Shown one piece after another: positions 34,701 through 44,115 of a stretch of 44,115 bases of DNA. The translations under genes were made by a program, and so were the position numbers. Position 1 is the first letter of the stretch, and every line of letters starts with the position of its first letter. The notes below the pieces were generated by a model. The model worked only from the letters and a program-made list of their open reading frames with translations, had not been told where the DNA came from and did no database searches. Origin of the DNA: Catajapyx aquilonaris (Eukaryota). The stretch lies in assembly GCA_000934665.2 (NCBI GenBank), contig JYFJ02003274.1, forward strand, positions 1 to 44,115, written 5' to 3'.

Positions 34701-37700
34701 AATATTTGTTGGTTGCCAGCAGGATACCAGTTTTCAACCAACAATATAATATTATTACCCATGTGTCCAGACTTTTGGGTCACCCTGTAGATGATCTGCA
34801 TGTTCTGTTGCCCAACTGGTTTTAAAATAGTGTTACCAGAAACAATGCTGTGGCGCGTCTCTCTCGAGATAAGATCTATGCAGTTTAATATATAAAAAAT
34901 TATGTAAAGGAAATACTACAGATACAATCATGTATACTGTTTTATAGCGTAAGAAGAGTGAAAAGTCACTCGTGATAATAATGCAGGTGAATGCGTGTTT
35001 TTTGTTGCGGATGTTGCTTATGTGCCTGTTAACGTCTCCGTGCTGAATTTGCAAAAACGTATTAGAAGCCGAGATACGGGAAGTTTCGTAAAAATAATAT
35101 TAGCCAACCCTTGTAGCTTATTAAATGCTGCAACCTTCGTAGTCACAGTAATAGCGAAATATTGAATGCAAAAAATATATATCTACAGTACTGTATACAG
35201 CCTGTTGATTTTTCAGGAAATTAACTCGATTGAATGTCACATTAAAGAAAATGACATTGGGCAGAATTTTCGTTTCACTGCTAGTTACTGCTTACTTAGC
35301 ACTAACACTGGTACTGCTATGTTAGCAATATAACTAGCAGTGGGACGAAAATTCCACCTATTGGATTTGAATTGCATTGAATTGTGCAAGTGTGTGCTTG
35401 ATAGTCTCATCACTATTGTCCAGTACGTTTTGAACTACAATTTTTGTGTAAATTGGAATCATTAAGTAAATATGACCGTTTCTTCACTATTGCACATCTC
35501 TACCTCCTCATCCCACCCCCCTAAAAATAACGTCCGTCGAGCCCCCCTCAGAACAATTGAGGCATGTAGAAACTGCAAGTTACACTTTGCTTCTCATCTG
35601 TACATCCGATACCTTTGGGAGGAAATCCGAGTTTTTCCCCGGTGAGAAAGTTACGTGGACCGTCAAATCTCATGAGGTGGGGGAGGAAGAAGGAGTTTTT
35701 TTTCATATTTTTTTTTATATGGTGGGTTCCAGGTCAGAGGAAGGGGTGGCCTTTTCTTATAGGGGGGGAAAGGGAGGGAACAATAATGCTAAAGCTTAAG
35801 GGAATTCTGGCAGGGTGATTTTTAATTAGACCTGCCTTATTGTGCAGGGCAGGTGAACTATGGGTAGGCCGGCTTGCAGGAGGAGGCATGGGGAGGGGGG
35901 TAGCCCTTTTGTGCACAGGAAGAGAAGCCCAAGGAGCCGGATGTGGATCCTCAGAGCGTGACGTTTCAGGGATTGCTTTTCCTGGCCTTAATTGCCCTTC
36001 GAGAGAAAAAGACGACTGGGCTACCTGTGTCCACTTGTCTGTCCTTGGTGACACCTGGGCGACTATTAATCCGGGCCGACATCTGCCCGAGAGCTTTTCC
36101 TACTTCCGGCTTATTGGGCCAAGGGTCACGTCCTGTTATTGGCCTGATATGTGCACGTGACCTGGGGCAGGGTTGCCACAACTATTGGTGACGTAGCCTT
36201 GGCTGTCAGTGTGGCTTGAGGGGGAGTCCCACTTTCATTTGTGGCCTTATTTCCGCCGCCTACGTAATGACAACCCTGAGGTGGAGAGAGGGGGGAGGGG
36301 GGGGTAGCGTTGCTGCAAGTGACCTTTTGAATTCCATTCAAGGCTCTCCACAACTCTGTTTTATGAATGGACGTGGCGGACAGTTGTAAAACCAGTCGCC
36401 GTAACCATCGGAGAGAGGGGGATGGGGGAGGAGAGGGTTTCATGTTCATTCAGGGTCCCAAAAGTGTACGCTCTGTGCACATGTCGCATGTGTGTGTGTG
36501 TGTTTCGATCGCACGTTACAGGGGTCCCATGTAATAGTATGGTTGGAGAGACCGGTTGCTCAAGCTGATATTGAGGGCAGGGCAAATATGGCCGCGGCCA
36601 CACTTCCTGCCTGCCATTCATGGGGAGAGAGAGGGGGGTCCGCCTTTGGAATCGATTCCATTCATTGATAAACCTCCCACGCTTGCGACACGGCGCGTGC
36701 GTGACACCCNCCCCCCCCCCCCCCCTCTCAAAAATGATGAATGGGTAAAGCTACTGCACAAGGCCAGGTTGCTGGAGTCAACAATTTTGCAAGCACATGG
36801 GTGGGCCCCCGTTATTTTAAGGCGTCATAATTTCATAGGGGGGGTGGATATTACATAATTTAAGTCTTGGAGTCTGAATTGGAGGGCTTGTATTCAGCCT
36901 CCTTCTCCTCTTGTGATGGTTGCCGCCATGTCGAGTGGTTATGGATGTGCGGAAGCCCTGTCGACGAAAAGGGAGCCGCCGCATTTTGTTTTTCTGGCCC
37001 ACCCCTCGACATTTTCAACAGTGGCATTATTTCTCGATGCTTTAAGCGCATCCTGTACGTCACCGTTTTTTTTTTTTTTTTAATTTTTAAAAAATAGTAT
37101 AATAATCATTTTAAAAAACGACAGGAAAAATGGGGGTTCGTGTAATGTGTGCGCCGGATATGGAGAAACCATTTTTCTGACCCTGACCCCATCCATCCCT
37201 GCAGAGTCATGTCGAAGGAGAAATTAAGAAACACTATGCTGTACACACACATATTGCGGACGTAGGCAAAGCCGCAATTACGCCGGTTTATCAATACAAA
37301 CCTGCGAAACGGGGAGCAATGATTCATATTTCCGGTGCTTGCAAAGTGTGTGCGGATATATGGCGAATGTCTGCTTGTTTTTTGTTTTCCTACATGTTAT
37401 TTTATCGCATCGTAATTACATGTTGCACAGCCAGGCAGTATAACTGGTTCATCGACAAATTGTGTACAAATTAGGCATCTTGACTGTTTACTGCGTATAA
37501 TGGCATTGTAAACTATTTGTCGCGAGTATGATGTTTGTCAGACTTGATTGTATAGCTATCTCTCGCACGATGGCAGGAGTGTGCTGAGAGAGTATGCGCC
37601 ATCTATACGTGAAAAATAGTTCCATGTGGTAAATCTCATTAAATTGCTTAATTATAGGTTTTGCCAAATTTGGGTTCGCTAGTATTTTTCTAGTCCAGTT

Positions 37701-39769
37701 CAGGGCATGAAATGTGATGGCCTGGATCATTATCTCACATGTGCAGTGAAGGTGAATGTGTTGGGTGTTGCGCAGCTCCGGTGTTTCTGCCCCCTACCGA
37801 AGGAAGTCTCGCCCAAATTGATTTCCTTCCTTTTCCTTCGACACCCTTCCGTCCGGTGTGCCAAGCAGATTCCCACCACCACTGGGTGTTACAAAAACTT
37901 GATTATCCTCGTAATGTGGATTTCACCCCGACCGCATTGTGGACATAGCGTGGGTGGGCCCTCCCCAAATCTGGGTGTAAAATGCCTGGGATGCCTAATC
38001 CGGGCAGGCAAGAATAGATGGCCAGGTGTTCCAGGACACTTTGACAAATGACTGGAAGGGAGGTATAGGCCCTCCTCTTTCTCCATTGAAAGGGACGGGT
38101 TTCCGGTTGGATCTCCATTCTTGCCTGGCGCTCCTTCCAAGATGGCCGCTTCCGCCCGCTTCCATATTTGACACGTTTTTCTCCACCTTTTTCCTGAGGG
38201 GCCTCCAGCATTCATTCCTCATATATTAACCTTGGCTCTTTTCATTGTATCGTTGGTGCTGGCTATGATCCAGCGCCGCACTATTAATAGCTCACCCTTC
38301 AGGCGGCGAGACGAGCCACCTTCTGGCTATTTTTTTTTTCTTCTATGGCAATGCGTGTGTATGTGTGTGCCATGTAATGATCTCAGCCGTGGCTGGCAGC
38401 CAATGTCTCACAAACACCGGTAATTGAACTGCTCAGAATGGGGTTACACATAGGTGTCAGTAGGGCTTGCATCAAAGCGCCCGGATTTTTTTTTCCGCTC
38501 AAAGTCGTCCGACGAAATTTTCGTCCAAATGTTTGTCCAGGCAGCAATCAACATGAAATATTAAATCCTCCATGGTTACCTTCCGCAGTTGTACCTGATT
38601 TTTTTTTTTAGATATATATTTTATAAAAAAGGTACAGTGTACGAAATATCTTGGGCGAAAATTCACCAATAGGATGAAATGACTTCTGACGACAAATTTT
38701 TGGATGTGAAATGTTATGTGCCATTTTTTTTTATCGTTTCAGTTTTTGGAGATAGGAACGGTGTCCAGCCTGGAGGTGAACCACAAGAATGTCGAGATCG
38801 CCAGGAAGGGACAGGAAGTGTGCGTCAAGATAGATCCGGTGTCAGGGGAGGCGCCCAAGATGTATGGAAGGCACTTTGACGAGAACGACCTGCTTGTCAG
38901 CAAGGTAAAAGAGGTGGCTGGAGGGGGGGAGGAAATTTTTGCGCAAAAATTTTTGTGTGAGCCGGAAGTTTGGAAGAGCTATATATGGAAGGAGGCTTCC
39001 GGTCCTCTGTTAAAAGGGAGTGCACAAACACACACAATGAAAGGGTGCCATCTGTTTCCGGTCCCAGGTAGCTTGTCCCGAAAGTCATCACTTTTGAGAG
39101 AGGCCCGGAAGTGGGCTGGCTGACTGGGCTTGTTATTGCCGACGGAATCGAAGCTCAGCCAGATTTGAAACTGATTGAGGTCTTCCAGAAGCCTTCCCAG
39201 TCACACGTCTAATTTATTTTTAAAAAGTGTAGATTTAGAAACGAGCCTTGCGATATTTTTAAATAACTAAACATTGATCATCACTCATCAGCGACCACAA
39301 TTGTATACAAGTGACATACAATGCTTGCAAAAGTAGGTGTGAAAAAGTGTGTTCTATTGTCAACAAAACGTTTTGGCCTAACGCTACATTGTTAACAGCA
39401 AAACATAATTAGAGCATCACTGATGAGTCTCCCATGGGGCATCACTTTTTAATGCACTTGTGATGCTTTATTGTTGCTTTAAAAAATCACATGATCATTA
39501 GAAGACCATTAAAAATTAGGCTCAATAGTAATGATTTTTAATGTTTTGCTGTTTATAGGGTATTAGATTTCCATTGATTTCACCTTGGACGTGTGCTGAT
39601 CTCGCAGGATACAGATTATTGTTATTGTTATGACATGCCCATGGTATGTTTCTCGTTACAGATAAGCCGCGAATCAATTGACGCCTGCAAGGAGTACTTC
39701 CGGGACGACCTGCAGAAGACGGATTGGCAGCTGATGGTGGAGCTGAAGAAGTTGTTTCAGATCCTGTAA
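14489..39769 (+). CDS. eIF5B: Eukaryotic translation initiation factor 5B (IF2 homologue GTPase), 14 coding exons, ~1194 aa
   Basis: Exons: 14489-14535, 16785-16959, 17638-18234, 18514-18616, 18675-18865, 20943-21381, 22059-22489, 23314-23531, 24187-24919, 31578-31654, 31718-31925, 32002-32097, 38743-38904, 39662-39769 (3585 nt, GT-AG, phases consistent). The protein has a K/E/D-rich N-terminus, G1 [22 protein letters not shown]3 DTPGHESF, G4 [32 protein letters not shown] and the C-terminal [17 protein letters not shown]. Boundaries of the low-complexity N-terminal exons are less certain. Confidence 0.96.
16190..16281 (+). repeat. Possible retroposon 3' tail with (AATA)n in eIF5B intron 1
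   Basis: A small hairpin ACCCATAAGGGT is followed by CACGGGGTAC and AATAAATAAAATAAATAAAT... It resembles the inverted end at 748-815. Confidence 0.35.
23598..23690. repeat. Short degenerate tandem repeat (CCAGTTTTA)n in eIF5B intron 8
   Basis: Several adjacent CCAGTTTTA/AGTTTTA units plus a duplicated GATGGGACCAG. Confidence 0.7.
27590..27644. mobile_element. Solo hAT-like MITE terminus
   Basis: GCGGGCCGCGGGTTGCCGACCCCTG is the reverse complement of CAGGGGTCGGCAAC..., a typical hAT terminal/subterminal pattern. I did not find the partner end. Confidence 0.4.
30280..30845. promoter_or_regulatory. Candidate ETS + Capicua enhancer module in eIF5B intron 9
   Basis: TGAATGAA at 30428-30435, with TGAATGG variants at ~30285, ~30457 (rc), ~30814 and ~30833. 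CCGGAAG lies at 30294-30300 and CACTTCCGG at 30796-30804. Confidence 0.5.
34672..34789. mobile_element. Short Tc1/mariner-like hairpin MITE remnant
   Basis: TGACCCAAAATTCTGGACACATAGGTAATAATATT..TGTTGGTTG pairs with CAACCAACA..AATATTATTACCCATGTGTCCAGACTTTTGGGTCA. The right end is CACCCTG|TA, the same terminal motif as the 3204-3743 element. Confidence 0.7.
35260..35358. repeat. Short inverted-repeat element, related to a copy at ~15198-15251
   Basis: GAATTTTCGTTTCACTGCTAGTTA pairs with TAACTAGCAGTGGGACGAAAATTC. The internal CTAACACTGGTACTGCTA.GTTAGCA also occurs in intron 1. Confidence 0.65.
36101..36746. promoter_or_regulatory. Dense Capicua-site cluster with ETS sites in eIF5B intron 12 (candidate ERK-responsive enhancer)
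   Basis: TCCATTCA 36333-36340, TGAATGGA 36364-36371, TTCATTCA 36445-36452, and TCCATTCA 36657-36664 overlapping TTCATTGA. Variants lie at ~36613 and ~36738. ETS cores are TACTTCCGG 36101-36109 and CACTTCCTG 36601-36609. Confidence 0.6.
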
Positions 39770-39838
39770 GGTCAGGAGCTGGCCGTTTTATCCAATCAAG
39801 AATTTGATGTGAGGCCATTTACTACCTGTGAACGTTAA

Positions 39839-39844
39839 AATAAA
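39839..39844 (+). terminator. Candidate eIF5B polyadenylation signal
   Basis: AATAAA 70 nt after the eIF5B stop codon. Confidence 0.45.
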
Positions 39845-42800
39845 TTGAAACAACAACAAAAAAAAGAGTGACTGAGCCCATCCAAGCCAGGTCATTACAA
39901 GGTGAAACCCCTTCAGCAATTTCTTCCAGAAAGGTCGGTAAAGGACCGAAGGAGGATGCGAACCAGATCAGTCCACTTTTTTTTCCCCTCTCTACTTCTT
40001 CTTGAATGCTGCCCACCCTATCCTCCCACTCTCATTGCGACGTAGGTGAAGAGGATGCTCTTTCAGTTTTTTTTTCCATATATACATTTTTTTTTCCAAC
40101 CTCCTTCAGGCTATACGTGCCCCTATGTGAGCCTTTCCATTCATGTCCGCCCACGTGTATACCTGTGCTCATGCATTCATATCAAGCAGCCGTGAAGATG
40201 GCTGGGAGGGCAGGGGAGAGGGGGGCATATGTATACGAGGAAGTGAATGAATCTTGCGACATCTCGGTATAATTCAAGTTGTGGAGAAGGTCGCACGAAC
40301 GGTATCGGGACCAGTGGGTCACTCTGAAGGCGCCATCGTCCGTCTACTCAACATATCAGCATATATTTTGAGTACAAATTGGAGCAGGCCGGAACACTAT
40401 TTAAATGGCAAATTTAATTGCATTGGTGCATAAATTGGGTCTACCGGTGGTTTTGTGAATGAGTATGTGAGCGTGTGCGTCCTGCTAGTTGCGGTCATCG
40501 GTAGGGGGGGAAGTCAGGGAGAGGGGGGGAGAAAAATCCAGGTCACAAGGAAGCGGTGAATAGCGGAATTTTTGCCCTTCAGAGGTTGATGTCGATTGCG
40601 GGCCATTTCTTTCTAGGTTTTTGCGGTGCTCCCTTTGCTGTTGCTTTTGCAGCTTGCGCAATTGCCTGTAGAGTAAAATGAAGCCCGCCTCTCTTTTTTT
40701 GTGCAAATTATGTTCCGCTTTCCCGCCCCCGCAATTGCGTTTTTTTCGCTAAAACTCACGTGACCCGGTCATTTGGTGTGAATGGAACTATCTGGAAAAA
40801 CGGACCGCCCTATCAAGCACTTGAACTTTGACCTCAAGGTGCTAATGATCTGGTTGGTGATTGGTGGCGAGTCTTCCTGCTCATCTTATCACAAAAGTGC
40901 TTTTTTCCGGGGCAAGAGTCGAGCACTGCTAATCGTAGCTGCTAATCTTATTGGGTTGATGTGTCGATATATCCGCACAGGATGGTGCAACTGGCCAGGT
41001 TCAGAAGAGGTGGTTTCTGAAGTTTCTTGTACTGACGTGAGCAATGCACCACCCTGTTGTCGGTTTGTGTTGGGCGATAATTGCGACAGATAGAATTTAT
41101 CACTGCAGAAATGTCATTGCCGCCACTTTCCTCATGGCTTTGTTATCACACCCATAACACCTGTAAAGATTTGCAGGAGAAAGTTGGTTTGCGGAGGAGG
41201 AAAAAAATAATGGTAGGCATCAGTCAACATACGATGATAACATGGACAGGAAGATTGTTATCAGAAATCACAGGAAGGTGCACAGCCCAAGTCCATAGTC
41301 CAACAGGAAATCATGGGCAAAGAATTGCTTGCACCAGCCATCTAATGTCGCCAACTTGAGACCACAATTTGCATACATTTTATTGTGAGAAATTGGCAGG
41401 TGTTGCAATGTAACTTCCATTGATCTCATATCGTGTGAGATTTGTAAGTGATGTTACACACACACGTGTCTGTGTCATTGCGTCATATCCGTTTTATGGC
41501 TTCCTCTGGGAGAACCCCGGTCGCTAGAGAGCTACTGAAGGATATACAGTATATACCTAGCATTACATTCATAATCCTTGTGAATATGCACGGGGCACAG
41601 ACCTATGAGAAAACTGGGTGAGAATAGTTTTAGCAGGAAATTGAAATGAGAGAACAAAAAAAATTCTCCCTCAGCCATTATTTGCGTACAGAGGATGCAA
41701 GGTCACAAGCTGTATCGCTTCGTGCTGCACTTGAATTCATTCATGTATTTCCGTTTATTTTCGCAACCAAATTGCGCACGGTATTCTTGCAAATTAAGTA
41801 AGATCACACAGAATTGGCTATAGGTGTGTAAGGACAAAGGTACGCCTAGCCAATTTTATGTAGAATTGACTTTGTACATATGGTGCCAACTGGTGGTGGC
41901 ATGCACTACGTTCAAGTGCGGAGCGAGCTGGGTAGTGTTGCCAAATTTTGGTTGGTTCACTACAACTTTTTTTTATGAAGTGGATACAAAGTTGCCCTCT
42001 CAGCATGTTGCATCCTCAAATGAGATACAAAGTTGCTTGGTCGTTTCAGAAATACCCTTAATTTTTTTTTCGGGAATTCTGGTTGACGACTTGGACCATT
42101 CGCTTTATGACGTCGCTCTGCTGAAGGTTTTATTGCAGTGCTCGATTTTAACGACTTCTGTCCCCACAAAGTTCCAGCTCCAAGTGAAAGAACACTCGCT
42201 TTTTTTCCTGTCTTTTTACACTGTCAATGGCAGGACGCTCCTAACATAAGTGCATAACCACGACTTTTCTATGCTCGAAAAGAAACATTTAAAAAAAATA
42301 TGTTTTATAGCATACTTTAAGTCAGGCTAATACCGTCAGTACAAGGCGAAATCCGCGTCGCCATTTGCGTTGAGTGGCCCTTTTTTGGCGGGACTATGTG
42401 TGTATATCTCCTGGTCCTTGTAGTCTCAAGAAATTCAAGATGGGCGATGAAACATATGCGCGCGTAAAACCTTCTCCGCTGGATTTTTAACTTGATTTGT
42501 GTGCGTGTGCGTAAATTTCGTTTTTTGTTGTTGTTGTTGTTGTTCTCTTCCGGTTTTGCCGTTTTTACGAAGCGTGAAAGCGTGTCAAATCCGGACGTCA
42601 AAGAAGTTTGGAACCAAACAGCTATTAATCTATTTTTGGGATCTGGAGTTATAACCCGCGTCTCCATCGTCGAGGCGGCCTTTTTTTTTTTCTTCTTCTA
42701 AATATCTATGCTTCGGCTTGTGTATAGTCGAAAATGTTTCTAGGTTTTGTACTGGCATGGCCTGGCGACGTTTGTCATTAGCAGGGTGACACACCGTGGT

Positions 42801-43634
42801 CATCGCGTGCTGGGCGGGGACCTCAACAAAAATTATTACACGGAATGTTGCGGCCTGTTCCAGGAAGAGCTGCATTGGCCTGTTTCTCAATATGCTTCGG
42901 AGAAAACTGGGGGAAACATTTTATTGAGCCTTTTTTGGTCTGGCAAGTTGCAATTCAAGATGGTTCAATGGCAACTTGCGCAGAAGGGTTGAAAAACAGG
43001 AATGCGCAAAAGCTATGCGCAGTCGTCGATATGAAAATTGGTGCCAATAGTGAACTAACTGCAATTTTTTTAATTTTAAAAAGTAACGACTCATTAAAGT
43101 ACATGTTATTTATTTATTTATTTATTTAGATTAAAAATAGCCATGTACTTGCTCCTTACAGTTTGTTTGTGGGTGAGGGATTGAATAAGCGTGGGGAGGT
43201 GCGTCCAGTTGGCAAACGAAAACACAACAGCAGTAACACTTGACCTTGAACAGAGAAATGGCTGATTGGGCACCACATTGCGAAAAAATCTTAGCCGTGA
43301 CACAAATTCTAGCCAGACCACACTCACATTTTGTTGCAAGTTTGAAATTTTGTTGCCCCCCGTAAAATTTCAAAATCATAACCATAGGCTACCAACAAGT
43401 GAAAGGCATCTCCGAAAAGTTAAGCGCTAGGCAATGGGTTAAAAATGTAAAACTTATCGCACTTCCTGTGGCTGGAAAAAAAAAAAGCGTGTAGCAATCT
43501 AATCGCAAAAATTATAAAAAGTCACCACGTAAACACCCCTCCACGTTTCCATTCAAGGAGCTTATATAGTTGAATTGCCTGTTACTTCATTGGGACAGCA
43601 AGTTTTCTAACAGAATTGCTCGAAGAAAAAAATC

Positions 43635-44102
43635 AAAAACAGAACTGCTGGATCTGGCACCATGATTTGGTTGACAGTGTTACCAACCCAACCGTACCGT
43701 ACTCAACCAGACTATATTAGTACAGTTGCGTTGGCAACACTGCTAACCAGATCAGGGTGCCAGGCCCAGAAGTTTCGTGTTTTTCGACTGCAATGTTGCC
43801 ACCCCTGCTCCAATACTCCAACTGTTGCCAATCCAACCGTACTTTTATATATATATTTTTATATACACATATATATATATACAGCCAGGTTGTAATGAGA
43901 GCACGGGTTGGTCACATCGCCAACCAAATCAGTGTGCCAAGTCCTGCAGTTTTGTGTTTTCCGAATATATAGTGTTGGCACCCCTGCTCCAATATTCCAA
44001 CTGTTGCCAACCCATGTAATGAGATCACGGTTGGGTTGGTAACACCTGGTTAGACCTGGGCACCTGGCACCCTGATTTGGTTGGTAGTGTTACCAACTCA
44101 AG
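43635..44102. repeat. Composite direct/inverted repeat, probably transposon-derived
   Basis: TGGCACC.TGATTTGGTTG..AGTGTTACCAAC occurs at ~43635 and ~44064, with an inverted copy at ~43729-43769. CACCCCTGCTCCAATA.TCCAACTGTTGCCAA is duplicated at ~43800 and ~43979. Confidence 0.75.
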
Positions 44103-44115
44103 CGTATTCATTACG

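Noticed and set aside
27465..38423. Possible nested protein-coding gene in the large eIF5B introns (e.g. 32455-33036, 29913-30440, 27664-28167)
   Set aside because: The ORFs are short, often start at non-ATG codons, run through homopolymers and show no recognisable homology or coherent exon chain. This is expected in GC-rich non-coding DNA.
24920..38742. Introns 9 (6658 bp) and 12 (6645 bp) have almost the same length
   Set aside because: I saw no sequence similarity between them, so I treated it as coincidence.
14536..39661. Intronic snoRNAs or miRNAs, which translation-factor genes often host
   Set aside because: C-box-like RTGATGA hits (e.g. ~26654, ~28183, ~36734) lacked a convincing D box and terminal stem, and I recognised no known miRNA. 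A covariance-model scan would be needed.

Overview
This is animal nuclear DNA, most likely from an arthropod or other protostome (inferred from the ionotropic receptor, DRE promoter motifs and GT-AG introns). From left to right it holds: a decayed Academ-like DNA transposon fragment (1-515); a cluster of long palindromes and MITEs (2.2-4.8 kb); and an intronless divergent ionotropic receptor (IR) on the minus strand (5781-7799) whose 672-codon frame is broken only by one in-frame TAG at codon 44. Next come a solitary variant 5S rRNA copy (9145-9262), a 10-exon SLCO/OATP transporter (9962-13476, +) and a 14-exon eIF5B gene (14489-39769, +) with a DRE-containing promoter. The main leads are four. 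(i) From ~27.5 kb onward, the two 6.6-kb eIF5B introns and the downstream DNA become CpG-rich and dense in Capicua (TGAATGRA) and ETS (GGAAG) motifs, suggesting RTK/ERK-responsive enhancers for a neighbouring gene. (ii) The IR is a pseudo-pseudogene (stop readthrough) candidate. (iii) A poor-context uAUG overlaps the eIF5B start and becomes in-frame if exon 2 is skipped. (iv) The foldback cluster. Coordinates and counts were read by eye, and no database searches were run.
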